Shown one piece after another: positions 37,622-45,203 of a DNA stretch of 54,965 bases. Where the stretch lies: NCBI GenBank assembly GCA_964410055.1, contig CAYPGK010000005.1, positions 13,660 to 68,624 on the forward strand, in the 5' to 3' direction. The translations under genes and the position numbers were made by a program. The notes under the pieces are model-generated. The model worked only from the letters and a program-made list of their open reading frames with translations. It ran no database searches and had not been told where the DNA came from. Within the stretch, counting starts at the first letter, position 1, and each line of letters opens with the position of its first letter. Source of the DNA: an uncultured Gemmatimonadaceae bacterium (GTDB lineage Bacteria > Gemmatimonadota > Gemmatimonadetes > Longimicrobiales > RSA9).

Positions 37622-38158
37622 TTGCCCGTTCCCCGAGAACGCTTCCGCGAAGGAATCACCTGGGACGACTGGCTGGAACGGCTCGGCGACGACAGCGCAC
37701 CGTGGCGCGAGCGCTTCGACGACGCCGCGCTCGGCGACCTGCGCGCGGAGTACCAGAGCATCCCGACTCCGCGCTTCGTCGCCTGCCTCTTCGATCCGAC
37801 GAGCCCCACGGCAAGGGAGGTGGTGCCGATCGTGGCCCGGTGCTGCGACCAGGCCGCCGTGGCCGGCGGCGTCGACCTGCGCCTCTTCCCGATCGGGGAG
37901 TTTCCCGACCTCGCCAATCAGTACCTGGCGGGCGTGGATCCGGCGCTGCCGGTCTGCGTCGTCCTCGATCGCGACTGGGTCCAGGTGGGTTTGTGGCGCA
38001 TGCGCGCCGATTCCATGGCCCCGGAGGACGAGGCCGCCGAGGTCGTGAGCGGCTTCCTGGACGCGCTGCGCGGCCTGCCCGGCCGCCCCTGGCGCGGTCG
38101 GCGCACTCGGCGCGAACGCGGCTGGAGACAGGCGGAACTGCCGCCCGGCGCGCCCTGA
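37622..38158 (+). CDS. Thioredoxin-fold (Thioredoxin_9-like) protein lacking the CxxC motif
   Basis: TTG start 6 nt after AGGAGG (37610-37615). Layout resembles thioredoxin-family proteins, but the position of the redox motif reads PTSPTA. The family call is tentative. Confidence 0.5.
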   Translation: MPVPRERFREGITWDDWLERLGDDSAPWRERFDDAALGDLRAEYQSIPTPRFVACLFDPTSPTAREVVPIVARCCDQAAVAGGVDLRLFPIGEFPDLANQYLAGVDPALPVCVVLDRDWVQVGLWRMRADSMAPEDEAAEVVSGFLDALRGLPGRPWRGRRTRRERGWRQAELPPGAP

Positions 38159-38188
38159 ATCCGCCCCCGGCCGGATCGCCGGGGCGCC

Positions 38189-38842
38189 TCAGCGGTCGGA
38201 TCCGCGACGATGGCCGTGGCCTCGGTGGTGTTCGTGGCCGTCGCCCCGATGGTGCCCGTGGCGGTGACCGCTGTGGTGTTCGCGTCCGCGCCCTCGATGG
38301 TGTTCGTGGCTACGACCGCGGTGATGCTCGGAGTGCGCGCGATACGGCTCGCCGCGCCGCTCGCGCTCGGAAGCGCCGCGTCGCATCGCGTACTCCTCGC
38401 CGTATTCTTCCGTCCCCCAGCCGAAGGGAGGCGGGGAGATTTCGGGTCGGAGCGTGCTCCCGGGCGGATAGCCTTGCGCGGCCTCGACGACTGCGGCACT
38501 GCCGAAGTACGGGTAGCCGCGCCCATAATCGCGGGCGGCGGTCCCGGGCCGGCGCCGCCGCGACTCCCCGCGGTATCCGCCCGGGTGGCGGCCGTAGTAC
38601 GGCGGTCGACGTTCGGCCTGCGGCGGCGGGCCGGGCTCGGCGCTTCGCGCGCCCAGGTCGGCTGCGCGCTCGTACCCCCGGCCGAAGGAGCCGCCGCTCC
38701 GGTACGGGTCGACGTCGCGCCCAGAGCCGTAGCCGGTCCGGTAACGCCACCGCAGGTTGTGAAGGTAGTCCGCGCCGTACCCGGCCGGGGAGTAGCCCCG
38801 ACGACGTTCACGCTCCCCGGTCGGGCGAGACCGGCGTCTCAT
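38189..38842 (-). CDS. R/G/Y/H-rich intrinsically disordered protein with C-terminal His-repeat tail
   Basis: Its ATG overlaps the hsp20 TGA (ATGA). Third-codon positions are strongly G/C, and TAC and CAC are preferred in this frame. There is no hydrophobic segment. The tail reads HSEHHRGRSHEHHRGRGREHHSGHRHGHHRGDGHEHHRGHGH. Confidence 0.55.
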   Translation of the reverse strand: MRRRSRPTGERERRRGYSPAGYGADYLHNLRWRYRTGYGSGRDVDPYRSGGSFGRGYERAADLGARSAEPGPPPQAERRPPYYGRHPGGYRGESRRRRPGTAARDYGRGYPYFGSAAVVEAAQGYPPGSTLRPEISPPPFGWGTEEYGEEYAMRRGASERERRGEPYRAHSEHHRGRSHEHHRGRGREHHSGHRHGHHRGDGHEHHRGHGHRRGSDR

Positions 38843-39297
38843 GCCTTGTGCTCCCCGTCCTCCACCTCGATCCGCTTGCCCCGGCTTTCGGGTGCCTTGG
38901 GCATCGTGACGGTGAGCACGCCGTTTTCGAATCGCGCGCTGATCCGGTCGGGATCCACGCTACGCGGCAGGGTGAACGAGCGCGAGAAGCTGCCGTACCG
39001 GCGCTCGTAGACGTACCGCTCCTCGCCCTTCTGCTCGTGCTCCTCCTTCTTCTCGCCGCGGATCGTGAGGACGTTGTTCTCCAGCTCGACCGTGATGTCC
39101 TTGCGGCTCATCCCCGGCAGCTCGGCGGTGAGGACGAGGGCGTCGTCGCGCTCCGTGATGTCGACGGGCGGCTCGAACTCGGGGGTGTAGCCGTTCGGCC
39201 CGCGAAACGTCGCGCGCAGTAGCTCGTCCATCTGTTCGCGCATGTCGCGGAGCGCATTCCAGGGTGAGGAGAGTCGAGTCGGCGTACGAGAAGCCAC
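38839..39297 (-). CDS. Hsp20/alpha-crystallin small heat-shock protein
   Basis: GTG start 5 nt after AGGAGG. Alpha-crystallin domain (PPVDITERDDALVLTAELPG..ITVELENNVLTIRGEK..GSFSRSFTLP..ARFENGVLTVTMPK). Confidence 0.9.
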   Translation of the reverse strand: MASRTPTRLSSPWNALRDMREQMDELLRATFRGPNGYTPEFEPPVDITERDDALVLTAELPGMSRKDITVELENNVLTIRGEKKEEHEQKGEERYVYERRYGSFSRSFTLPRSVDPDRISARFENGVLTVTMPKAPESRGKRIEVEDGEHKA

Positions 39298-39336
39298 GCT
39301 ATCCTCCTGTTTACGGGAATCGGGCGCCCGCGTGCG

Positions 39337-39353
39337 TATGCACGAAGCATTCC
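39337..39353 (-). promoter_or_regulatory. Sigma-54-type -24/-12 promoter candidate upstream of hsp20
   Basis: The minus strand reads TGGAATGCTTCGTGCAT. GG and GC are separated by exactly 10 nt and the -12 region is TCGTGCA. The GC lies about 42 nt upstream of the hsp20 GTG. Confidence 0.35.
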
Positions 39354-39472
39354 AGCGGTGCGGCCGGGGCCAAGCCGTACCGTCCCCCTTTCCCTGGCGG
39401 GAAACGAGTGGCAAGTTTGGCGTGTAGCAAAGCAGCGACGCCGGAACCAGGACCTGCAAGCACCAAGAGCCG

Positions 39473-41725
39473 ATGTCGAACGAATCCGGGCAAAAACGCC
39501 GTTTCGCCGCGCTTCGCGCCCATCCACGCCTGACCGCGGCGGGTGTGATCATCCTCTTCTCGCTGATCGCGATGGGCGGCGGCCTCGCGCTCGGAAGCTG
39601 GCGAAACATCTGCCACCAATGCCCGTCGATCGCGCAGATCCACGTCTGGGAGCCGACCCAGTCGACCAAGATCTTCAGCCACGACGGGATCCTCATCCAG
39701 GAGCTGGGCATCGAGCGCCGGACGCAGGTCGCACTCGACCAGCTCCCGCCGTACGTCCCGCAGGCCTTCATCGCGATCGAAGACAGGCGCTTCTACGAGC
39801 ACAACGGCTTCGACCTCCGCGGGATCATGCGCGCGGCGGTCGGGCTCGTGATGAACCGCCGGATCAGCGGCGGCGGCAGTACGATCACGCAGCAGCTCGC
39901 CCGGAACATGTTCATGCAGGTCGGGATGGAGCAGAGCTTCGGGCGCAAGCTGAGGGAGCTGCGGGTCGCGCTCGACATGGAGCAGGTCTACACGAAGGAC
40001 CAGATCCTCGAGGCGTACATCAATCAGATCAACTATGGGAGCGGCCACTGGGGCATCGAATCGGCCTCGCAGTGGATGTTCGGCAAGTCGGCGACGGTGA
40101 TCGCGCCGCACGAGGCCGCGCTCCTCGCGGCAGTGATCAACGCCCCCGAGCGCTACTCGCCCTTCAAGCATCCGGATCGGGCGCTGCGACGCCGCAACCT
40201 GGTCCTCGAAACGATGGCGCAGCAGGGCTTCATCAGTCGTGGTGAGGCCGAGCGGTACAAGCAGGCGCCGATCCCCGAGGAGCCGTACACCAACGAGGCC
40301 GGCGGGCTCGCACCCTACTTCGTGGAATGGGTACGAGGCATCCTCGACGACCGCTACGGCCCCGACCTCTATCGCAGAGGGTACCGCGTCTACACGACGC
40401 TGGACGTCGAGCTCCAGCGCCGGGCGGTCGAGGCGATGGAGAACGGCTGGCGCTACATCGAGGGACAGGCCACCTACACGCACCCCACCTACGACGAGGT
40501 CCGCCAGCAGGGCGGCGCGGCCGCGGCCGGCGAGACGCCGTACCTGCAGGGCGCGTTCGTCGCCATGGAGGCGCGGACGGGCGAGGTGCGCGCGATGATC
40601 GGCGGCCGCAACTTCGGGGACTCGAAGTTCAACCGTGCGGTCCAGGCGCGTCGCCAGCCGGGCTCGGTCTTCAAGCCGTTCGTCTACACGGCAGCGATCG
40701 CGAGCCGGATCCCGGCCTCCCGCGTCATCTTCGATGCGCCCTACGTCGAGGAGATCGGCGACACCGTCTGGGCGCCCAAGAACTTCGGCGGCACCTTCGC
40801 CGGCCCCGTCACGCTCCGGGATGCGCTCCGCCGCTCGATCAACATCGTCGCCGTCAAGCTGGGCCGGGAGGTCGGGCTCGAGACCGTGGCCCAGTACGCG
40901 CGACGGCTGGGGATCGAAACGCCGATCCCGCGCGTCCCCGCCACGGCGATCGGCGCCGCTTCCGTGATCCCGCTCCAGATGGCCGAGGCGTACACCGCGT
41001 TTGCCAACCACGGCGTGCGGGTGCGGCCCCGGGGCATCCTCCGGGTGGAGGACGCGGAAGGGAACGTGCTCTGGGAGACCGAGCCCGAGCGGGACGCCGT
41101 CCTCGACCCGCTCACGGCCGCGGTCGTGACGGACATCCTGCGGCAGGTCGTCGATGGCCCGGGCGGCACCGCGGTCTCGGCGGTCCGAGGCCGCGGCGAG
41201 AACCACATCCTCCCCTACGACGTCCCCGCGGCCGGGAAGACCGGAACCACGAACGACTACACGGACGTCTGGTTCGTCGGCTTCACGCCCGACCTGCTCG
41301 CCGCGGTTTGGTTCGGTCTCGACCGGCCGACGACGATCCTCCCCAACGCCACCGGCGGCGGCCACGCCGCGCCGGTCTGGGGGCAGTTCATGCGGTCGGT
41401 CTACGTGAGCGAGGACTCGCTGCCGCCGCTGCGTCCGCTCCCGGAGCCGTGGACCATGCCGACCGAGCTGCGCGCGCTCGAGATCGACGCCGAGACCGGC
41501 CTGCTCGCCACCGAGTGGTGCCCGCTCGACCGCAGCCGCGTCTACACGGAGTACTTCCTCCCCGGCACGCAGCCGACGGAGACGTGCGAGCTGGAGCCCG
41601 GCGGTCTCTTCCGTGCGCCGATCCGGACGATCGGTACGCCTCGCGACCTCGAGCCGACGGTTCCCAACACGCAGCGCCCGTCGTTGAGCACCGCACCCGA
41701 CACGATCCGCGGGCCCCGGCCGTAG
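39473..41725 (+). CDS. Class A penicillin-binding protein (PBP1A-type transglycosylase/transpeptidase)
   Basis: GT51 motifs EDRRFYEHNGFD and GGSTITQQLA. Transpeptidase motifs SVFKP, SIN and KTGTT. N-terminal signal anchor. Confidence 0.95.
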   Translation: MSNESGQKRRFAALRAHPRLTAAGVIILFSLIAMGGGLALGSWRNICHQCPSIAQIHVWEPTQSTKIFSHDGILIQELGIERRTQVALDQLPPYVPQAFIAIEDRRFYEHNGFDLRGIMRAAVGLVMNRRISGGGSTITQQLARNMFMQVGMEQSFGRKLRELRVALDMEQVYTKDQILEAYINQINYGSGHWGIESASQWMFGKSATVIAPHEAALLAAVINAPERYSPFKHPDRALRRRNLVLETMAQQGFISRGEAERYKQAPIPEEPYTNEAGGLAPYFVEWVRGILDDRYGPDLYRRGYRVYTTLDVELQRRAVEAMENGWRYIEGQATYTHPTYDEVRQQGGAAAAGETPYLQGAFVAMEARTGEVRAMIGGRNFGDSKFNRAVQARRQPGSVFKPFVYTAAIASRIPASRVIFDAPYVEEIGDTVWAPKNFGGTFAGPVTLRDALRRSINIVAVKLGREVGLETVAQYARRLGIETPIPRVPATAIGAASVIPLQMAEAYTAFANHGVRVRPRGILRVEDAEGNVLWETEPERDAVLDPLTAAVVTDILRQVVDGPGGTAVSAVRGRGENHILPYDVPAAGKTGTTNDYTDVWFVGFTPDLLAAVWFGLDRPTTILPNATGGGHAAPVWGQFMRSVYVSEDSLPPLRPLPEPWTMPTELRALEIDAETGLLATEWCPLDRSRVYTEYFLPGTQPTETCELEPGGLFRAPIRTIGTPRDLEPTVPNTQRPSLSTAPDTIRGPRP

Positions 41726-41767
41726 CCCGTCGGGTGCCCCGGCGGTAGCCCGTCGGGAGCCCCGGCG
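41722..41767. repeat. 23-bp tandem duplication GTAGCCCGTCGGG(T/A)GCCCCGGCG x2; the first copy contains the PBP1A stop codon
   Basis: 22/23 identical. TAG at 41723-41725 is the PBP stop. Confidence 0.85.
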
Positions 41768-41788
41768 TGGCCCGGCCGCCCCGCGACC

Positions 41789-41998
41789 TCAGCCGTGGAT
41801 CCGGAACTCGACGCCCGCCTCGCTCAACGCGGTGGTCAGGGCGTCGAAGTCTTCCGGCAGCGTTTCCAGCGCGAGGTTGCACAGGGCGTCGGCCCCGACG
41901 GGCGCCGGGACGACCTGCGCGGCCAGGCCGTGCTCCTGGGCGATCTGCTCCGCCCAGAGCGCGTGGTGCGTGGTGTCGAAGAGGATGATCGGGTTCAC
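41789..41998 (-). CDS. DUF3343-like small protein (putative S/Se carrier-like fold)
   Basis: NPIILFDTTHHALWAEQIAQEHGL..VVPAPVGADALCNLAL matches the DUF3343 layout with its conserved Cys. The GTG at 41998 forms a GTGA overlap with the deoA stop. The alternative is ATG 42013. Confidence 0.6.
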   Translation of the reverse strand: MNPIILFDTTHHALWAEQIAQEHGLAAQVVPAPVGADALCNLALETLPEDFDALTTALSEAGVEFRIHG

Positions 41999-43335
41999 GC
42001 GTCCGGGGTCCATTCCTCGATCCCCTCGGCCGTGATCCGGTGGGAGACGAGCGGGAACGGCGGCGCCGGCACCTCCTCCGTGATCCGGATCGCGTCGCGG
42101 AGCGCGGCCAGTCCCGCCTCCGCATCCTCTGCGCTCCGGGCGTGGACCGTCGCCAGCGGCTCGCCGCGAGCCACGACGTTGCCGGGCTTCGCCGTGATGT
42201 GGAAGCCGACGCCCGGGTCGATCCGCGCGTCCAGTCGTGTCCGGCCGGCGCCGAGCGCGACCGCGGCCCATCCGATCCGGCGGGCGTGGACCTCCGCCAC
42301 GTAACCATCGGCCGGTGCCTCGAAGACCCGCCGGACCGGCGCCTGCGGGAGGAGCGCCGGGTCCTCCAGCACCGCGGGGTTCCCGCCCTGCGCCTCGATG
42401 AGGCGCGACATGAGGGCGGCCGCGCGGCCGTCGTCCAGCGCCGCTTCGGCTGCACGCCGACCGGCCGCCGGGCTCTCCGCCGCGCCGGCCAGCGCCAGCA
42501 TCTCCCCCGCCAGCGCGACCGTCACCGCCCGCAGGTCCGCCGGCCCGCCGCCGTGAAGCGCAGCGATCGCCTCCTCCATCTCCAGCGCGTTGCCGACCGC
42601 GTGGCCGAGCGGGCGATCCATTGCCGTGATCAGCGCGACGACTTCCCTGCCATGGAGCCGGCCGATCTCGATCATCGTCCGCGCCAACTCCACGGCGCGA
42701 TCGAAGTCCGGCAGGAACGCGCCGCTGCCGTGCTTCACGTCCAGCACCAGCGCATCGATCCCTTCCGCCAGCTTCTTGCTCATGATGCTGGACGCGATGA
42801 GCGGCGTCGACTCGACCGTCCCGGTCACGTCCCGGAGCGCGTAGAGACGCCGATCGAGCGGCGCGACCTCTTCCGTCTGCCCGATCATGGCGCAGCCCAG
42901 GGCACGGAGTTGCGCGCGGTATTCGTCCAGCGTCAGATCGGTGCGGAACCCCGGGATCGTCTCCAGCTTGTCGAGCGTGCCGCCCGTGTGGCCGAGCCCG
43001 CGTCCGCTCATCATCGGCACGGGCACGCTGAGCGAAGCGACGAGCGGTGCGAGCACGAGGGAGACCTTGTCGCCCACGCCGCCCGTCGAATGCTTGTCGA
43101 CCTTCACACCGGGGACGTCGTCCAGCCGGACGACGGCGCCCGAATGGAGCATTACGTCGACCAGCGCGCCGAGTTCGAGCGGCGAGAGGCCGCGAAAGTA
43201 GACGGCCATGAGGAAGGCGGCCATCTGATAGTCGGGGAGTCGGTCCTCCGCGTAGGCGCGGAAGAACTCCTCGATCTCGGCCCTGCTCAGCTCCTCGCCG
43301 TCTCGCTTCTTCTGGATCAGTCGGTACGGGATCAT
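41995..43335 (-). CDS. deoA: Thymidine / pyrimidine-nucleoside phosphorylase
   Basis: ORF trimmed to MIPYRLIQKKRDG. Motifs VDKHSTGGVGDK and SGRGLGHTGGTLDKLE. Its ATG overlaps the otsA stop (ATGA). Confidence 0.9.
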   Translation of the reverse strand: MIPYRLIQKKRDGEELSRAEIEEFFRAYAEDRLPDYQMAAFLMAVYFRGLSPLELGALVDVMLHSGAVVRLDDVPGVKVDKHSTGGVGDKVSLVLAPLVASLSVPVPMMSGRGLGHTGGTLDKLETIPGFRTDLTLDEYRAQLRALGCAMIGQTEEVAPLDRRLYALRDVTGTVESTPLIASSIMSKKLAEGIDALVLDVKHGSGAFLPDFDRAVELARTMIEIGRLHGREVVALITAMDRPLGHAVGNALEMEEAIAALHGGGPADLRAVTVALAGEMLALAGAAESPAAGRRAAEAALDDGRAAALMSRLIEAQGGNPAVLEDPALLPQAPVRRVFEAPADGYVAEVHARRIGWAAVALGAGRTRLDARIDPGVGFHITAKPGNVVARGEPLATVHARSAEDAEAGLAALRDAIRITEEVPAPPFPLVSHRITAEGIEEWTPDA

Positions 43336-44900
43336 GTCGAATCGTCCGCCCGCGGCGGGCCGTCCGCCAGCCGCTCGGCGGCAGCGCCGGGCATCCTGCC
43401 GCGCCGCGGGATCGCGCCCCAGACGCGGAAGATGTCGGCCATCCAATCGTAAATCGTACGCTGCGAGGCGACGAGGCGGGCGATCCGCTCCCGCCGCTCC
43501 TCGATCGGGAGCGTCAAGGCATCGCGGATCTGCCGCGCGAACGCCTCCGGGTCGTACGGGTTGACCTCCAGGTACCCGTCCAGGTCCTCCGCCGCGCCGG
43601 TGAAGCGCGAGAGGAGGAGCACGCCCGGGTCGTCGACCTGGCTCGCCGCGAACTCCTTGGCGACCAGGTTCATCCCATCCTGGAGCGAACTGACGATGCA
43701 CAGATCGGCGGCTCGATACAAGGCCGCGAGCCGATCGGTCGCCAGGGAGCGTTTGATCAGGTGGACCGGCCGCCAGCGCCGCGTGCCGTAGCGGTCGTTG
43801 ATCTGCCAGACCAGCCGCTCGACCTTGTGCGTCAACTCGTCGTACGCATCGATGTCGGTGCGCGACGGCACGGCGACCTGGACGAAGGTGAACCGCTCGC
43901 GGAACTCCGGATACCGCTCCCAGAGGAGGTCCAGCGCCTTCAGCCGTTCGGGCAGCCCCTTGGAGTAGTCCATCCGGTCGACGCCGACGCCGAGCTTGCC
44001 ATCCTCGAGGATGTAGCGTGCGCGCAGCCGCTCGGCCTGGGCGCTGGAGTCCGCCGCAGCGGCCGCGCGGCGGAACGCCTCGACGTCGATCGCAATCGGG
44101 AAGGCGCCGACCACGCACCTCCGCCCGCGGTACGTCGCCGTCCGCTCCTCCCAGTCGACCTCTGCGCCGAGGATCTCGGCGGCGCAGTGCAGGAAGTTGT
44201 GGGCGAACGAGGGGAGCTGGAACCCGAGCAGATCGTTGGCGAGGAGTCCTTCGACCAGGTCGGCGGCCTGCGGCGCGACCCGGAAGATCTCGAGGGGCGG
44301 CCACGGGATGTGCCAGAAGTGCGCGAGGCAGAGGTCCGGCCGCCGGGCGCGCACGAACCGCGGCGCCAGCGCGAGGTGGTAGTCGTGGAACCAGACCGCG
44401 GCCGCATGCCCGCGCGCCTCGTCCAGCACCGCGTCGGCAAAGCTCCGGTTGACCCTCCGGTAGCGCTCCCAGTGGCGTGCACGCAGGCGGGTGAGCCCGG
44501 GCCGCAGGTGGCAGAGCGGCCAGAGGAACTGGTTCGAGAAGCCGAGATAGTAGCCGTTCACGTCGCGCCGGTCGAGCCAGAGGCGGCGCAGCGTGTAGCG
44601 CGGCTGCTCCGGCGGTACGCGGACCCGGTCCTGTGCGTCCACGACGACGGCGTCGGCGTCGCCGCTGCCCCACGCGACCCAGACGCCGCCGACGCCCTGG
44701 AGGAGCGGGTCCAGCGCGGAGGTGACCCCGCCCGCCGGGCGCCGGACCTCGATGTCGCCGACGTCCTCGGCCCAGCGGTGCTCGTACGGCTCGCGGTTGC
44801 TGACCACGATGAAGCGCTCTGCCGGGAACGATTCCCGGAAGAGGCGCTTCATGTCCGCGGCGCCCAGCCGAGCCGGCACGGAGCGGCCGGGGTCGTCCAT
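43332..44900 (-). CDS. otsA: Trehalose-6-phosphate synthase (GT20)
   Basis: Motifs IVVSNREP, GFSNQFLWPLCH, WFHDYHL, VGVDRMDYSKG and DGMNLVAKEF. The start is uncertain (ATG 44900 or ATG 44852); neither has a strong SD. Confidence 0.85.
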   Translation of the reverse strand: MDDPGRSVPARLGAADMKRLFRESFPAERFIVVSNREPYEHRWAEDVGDIEVRRPAGGVTSALDPLLQGVGGVWVAWGSGDADAVVVDAQDRVRVPPEQPRYTLRRLWLDRRDVNGYYLGFSNQFLWPLCHLRPGLTRLRARHWERYRRVNRSFADAVLDEARGHAAAVWFHDYHLALAPRFVRARRPDLCLAHFWHIPWPPLEIFRVAPQAADLVEGLLANDLLGFQLPSFAHNFLHCAAEILGAEVDWEERTATYRGRRCVVGAFPIAIDVEAFRRAAAAADSSAQAERLRARYILEDGKLGVGVDRMDYSKGLPERLKALDLLWERYPEFRERFTFVQVAVPSRTDIDAYDELTHKVERLVWQINDRYGTRRWRPVHLIKRSLATDRLAALYRAADLCIVSSLQDGMNLVAKEFAASQVDDPGVLLLSRFTGAAEDLDGYLEVNPYDPEAFARQIRDALTLPIEERRERIARLVASQRTIYDWMADIFRVWGAIPRRGRMPGAAAERLADGPPRADDST

Positions 44901-44904
44901 CGGG

Positions 44905-45138
44905 TCAGAAGCTGAATCTGCGACGCCCGGCGCTGAGCACGTTCCGGACGTCGCCCGTCCACTCGTCCCAGCGCTCGCCGATCCCATCGGTCGCGCCGGA
45001 AACGGCGCGACCGATGCGGCGCCTCATCCTGCGCCCGCTCTGCGGCGCAGTCAGCAGGGCGAGGCCGCCGCCCAGGGCCAGGCCGAGGATGAGGCCGACG
45101 AGGAAGTTGAACGTTCGGGAGTTCTCTTGGTAGCGCAT
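44905..45138 (-). CDS. YtxH-domain small membrane-anchored protein
   Basis: Trimmed to MRYQENSRTFNFLVGLILGLALGGGLALLTAPQSGRR (YtxH signature), with GGAG 8 nt upstream. Confidence 0.6.
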   Translation of the reverse strand: MRYQENSRTFNFLVGLILGLALGGGLALLTAPQSGRRMRRRIGRAVSGATDGIGERWDEWTGDVRNVLSAGRRRFSF

Positions 45139-45203
45139 TGCCGTTGCTCCGGGTGGGAGAAAGGTCCCCGCCCGGGGGAGCAAACGGCGTGCCCGGCGGG
45201 CCT

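Noticed and set aside
38210-39010. Alternative ORFs overlapping the His-rich protein locus (38210..39010 +, 37918..38811 -, 38310..38750 -, 37702..39222 +).
   Set aside because: These frames give A/R/P/V-rich strings without the strong third-position G/C and TAC/CAC bias seen in the 38189..38842 frame. None has the ATGA coupling to hsp20. The chosen frame still needs experimental confirmation.
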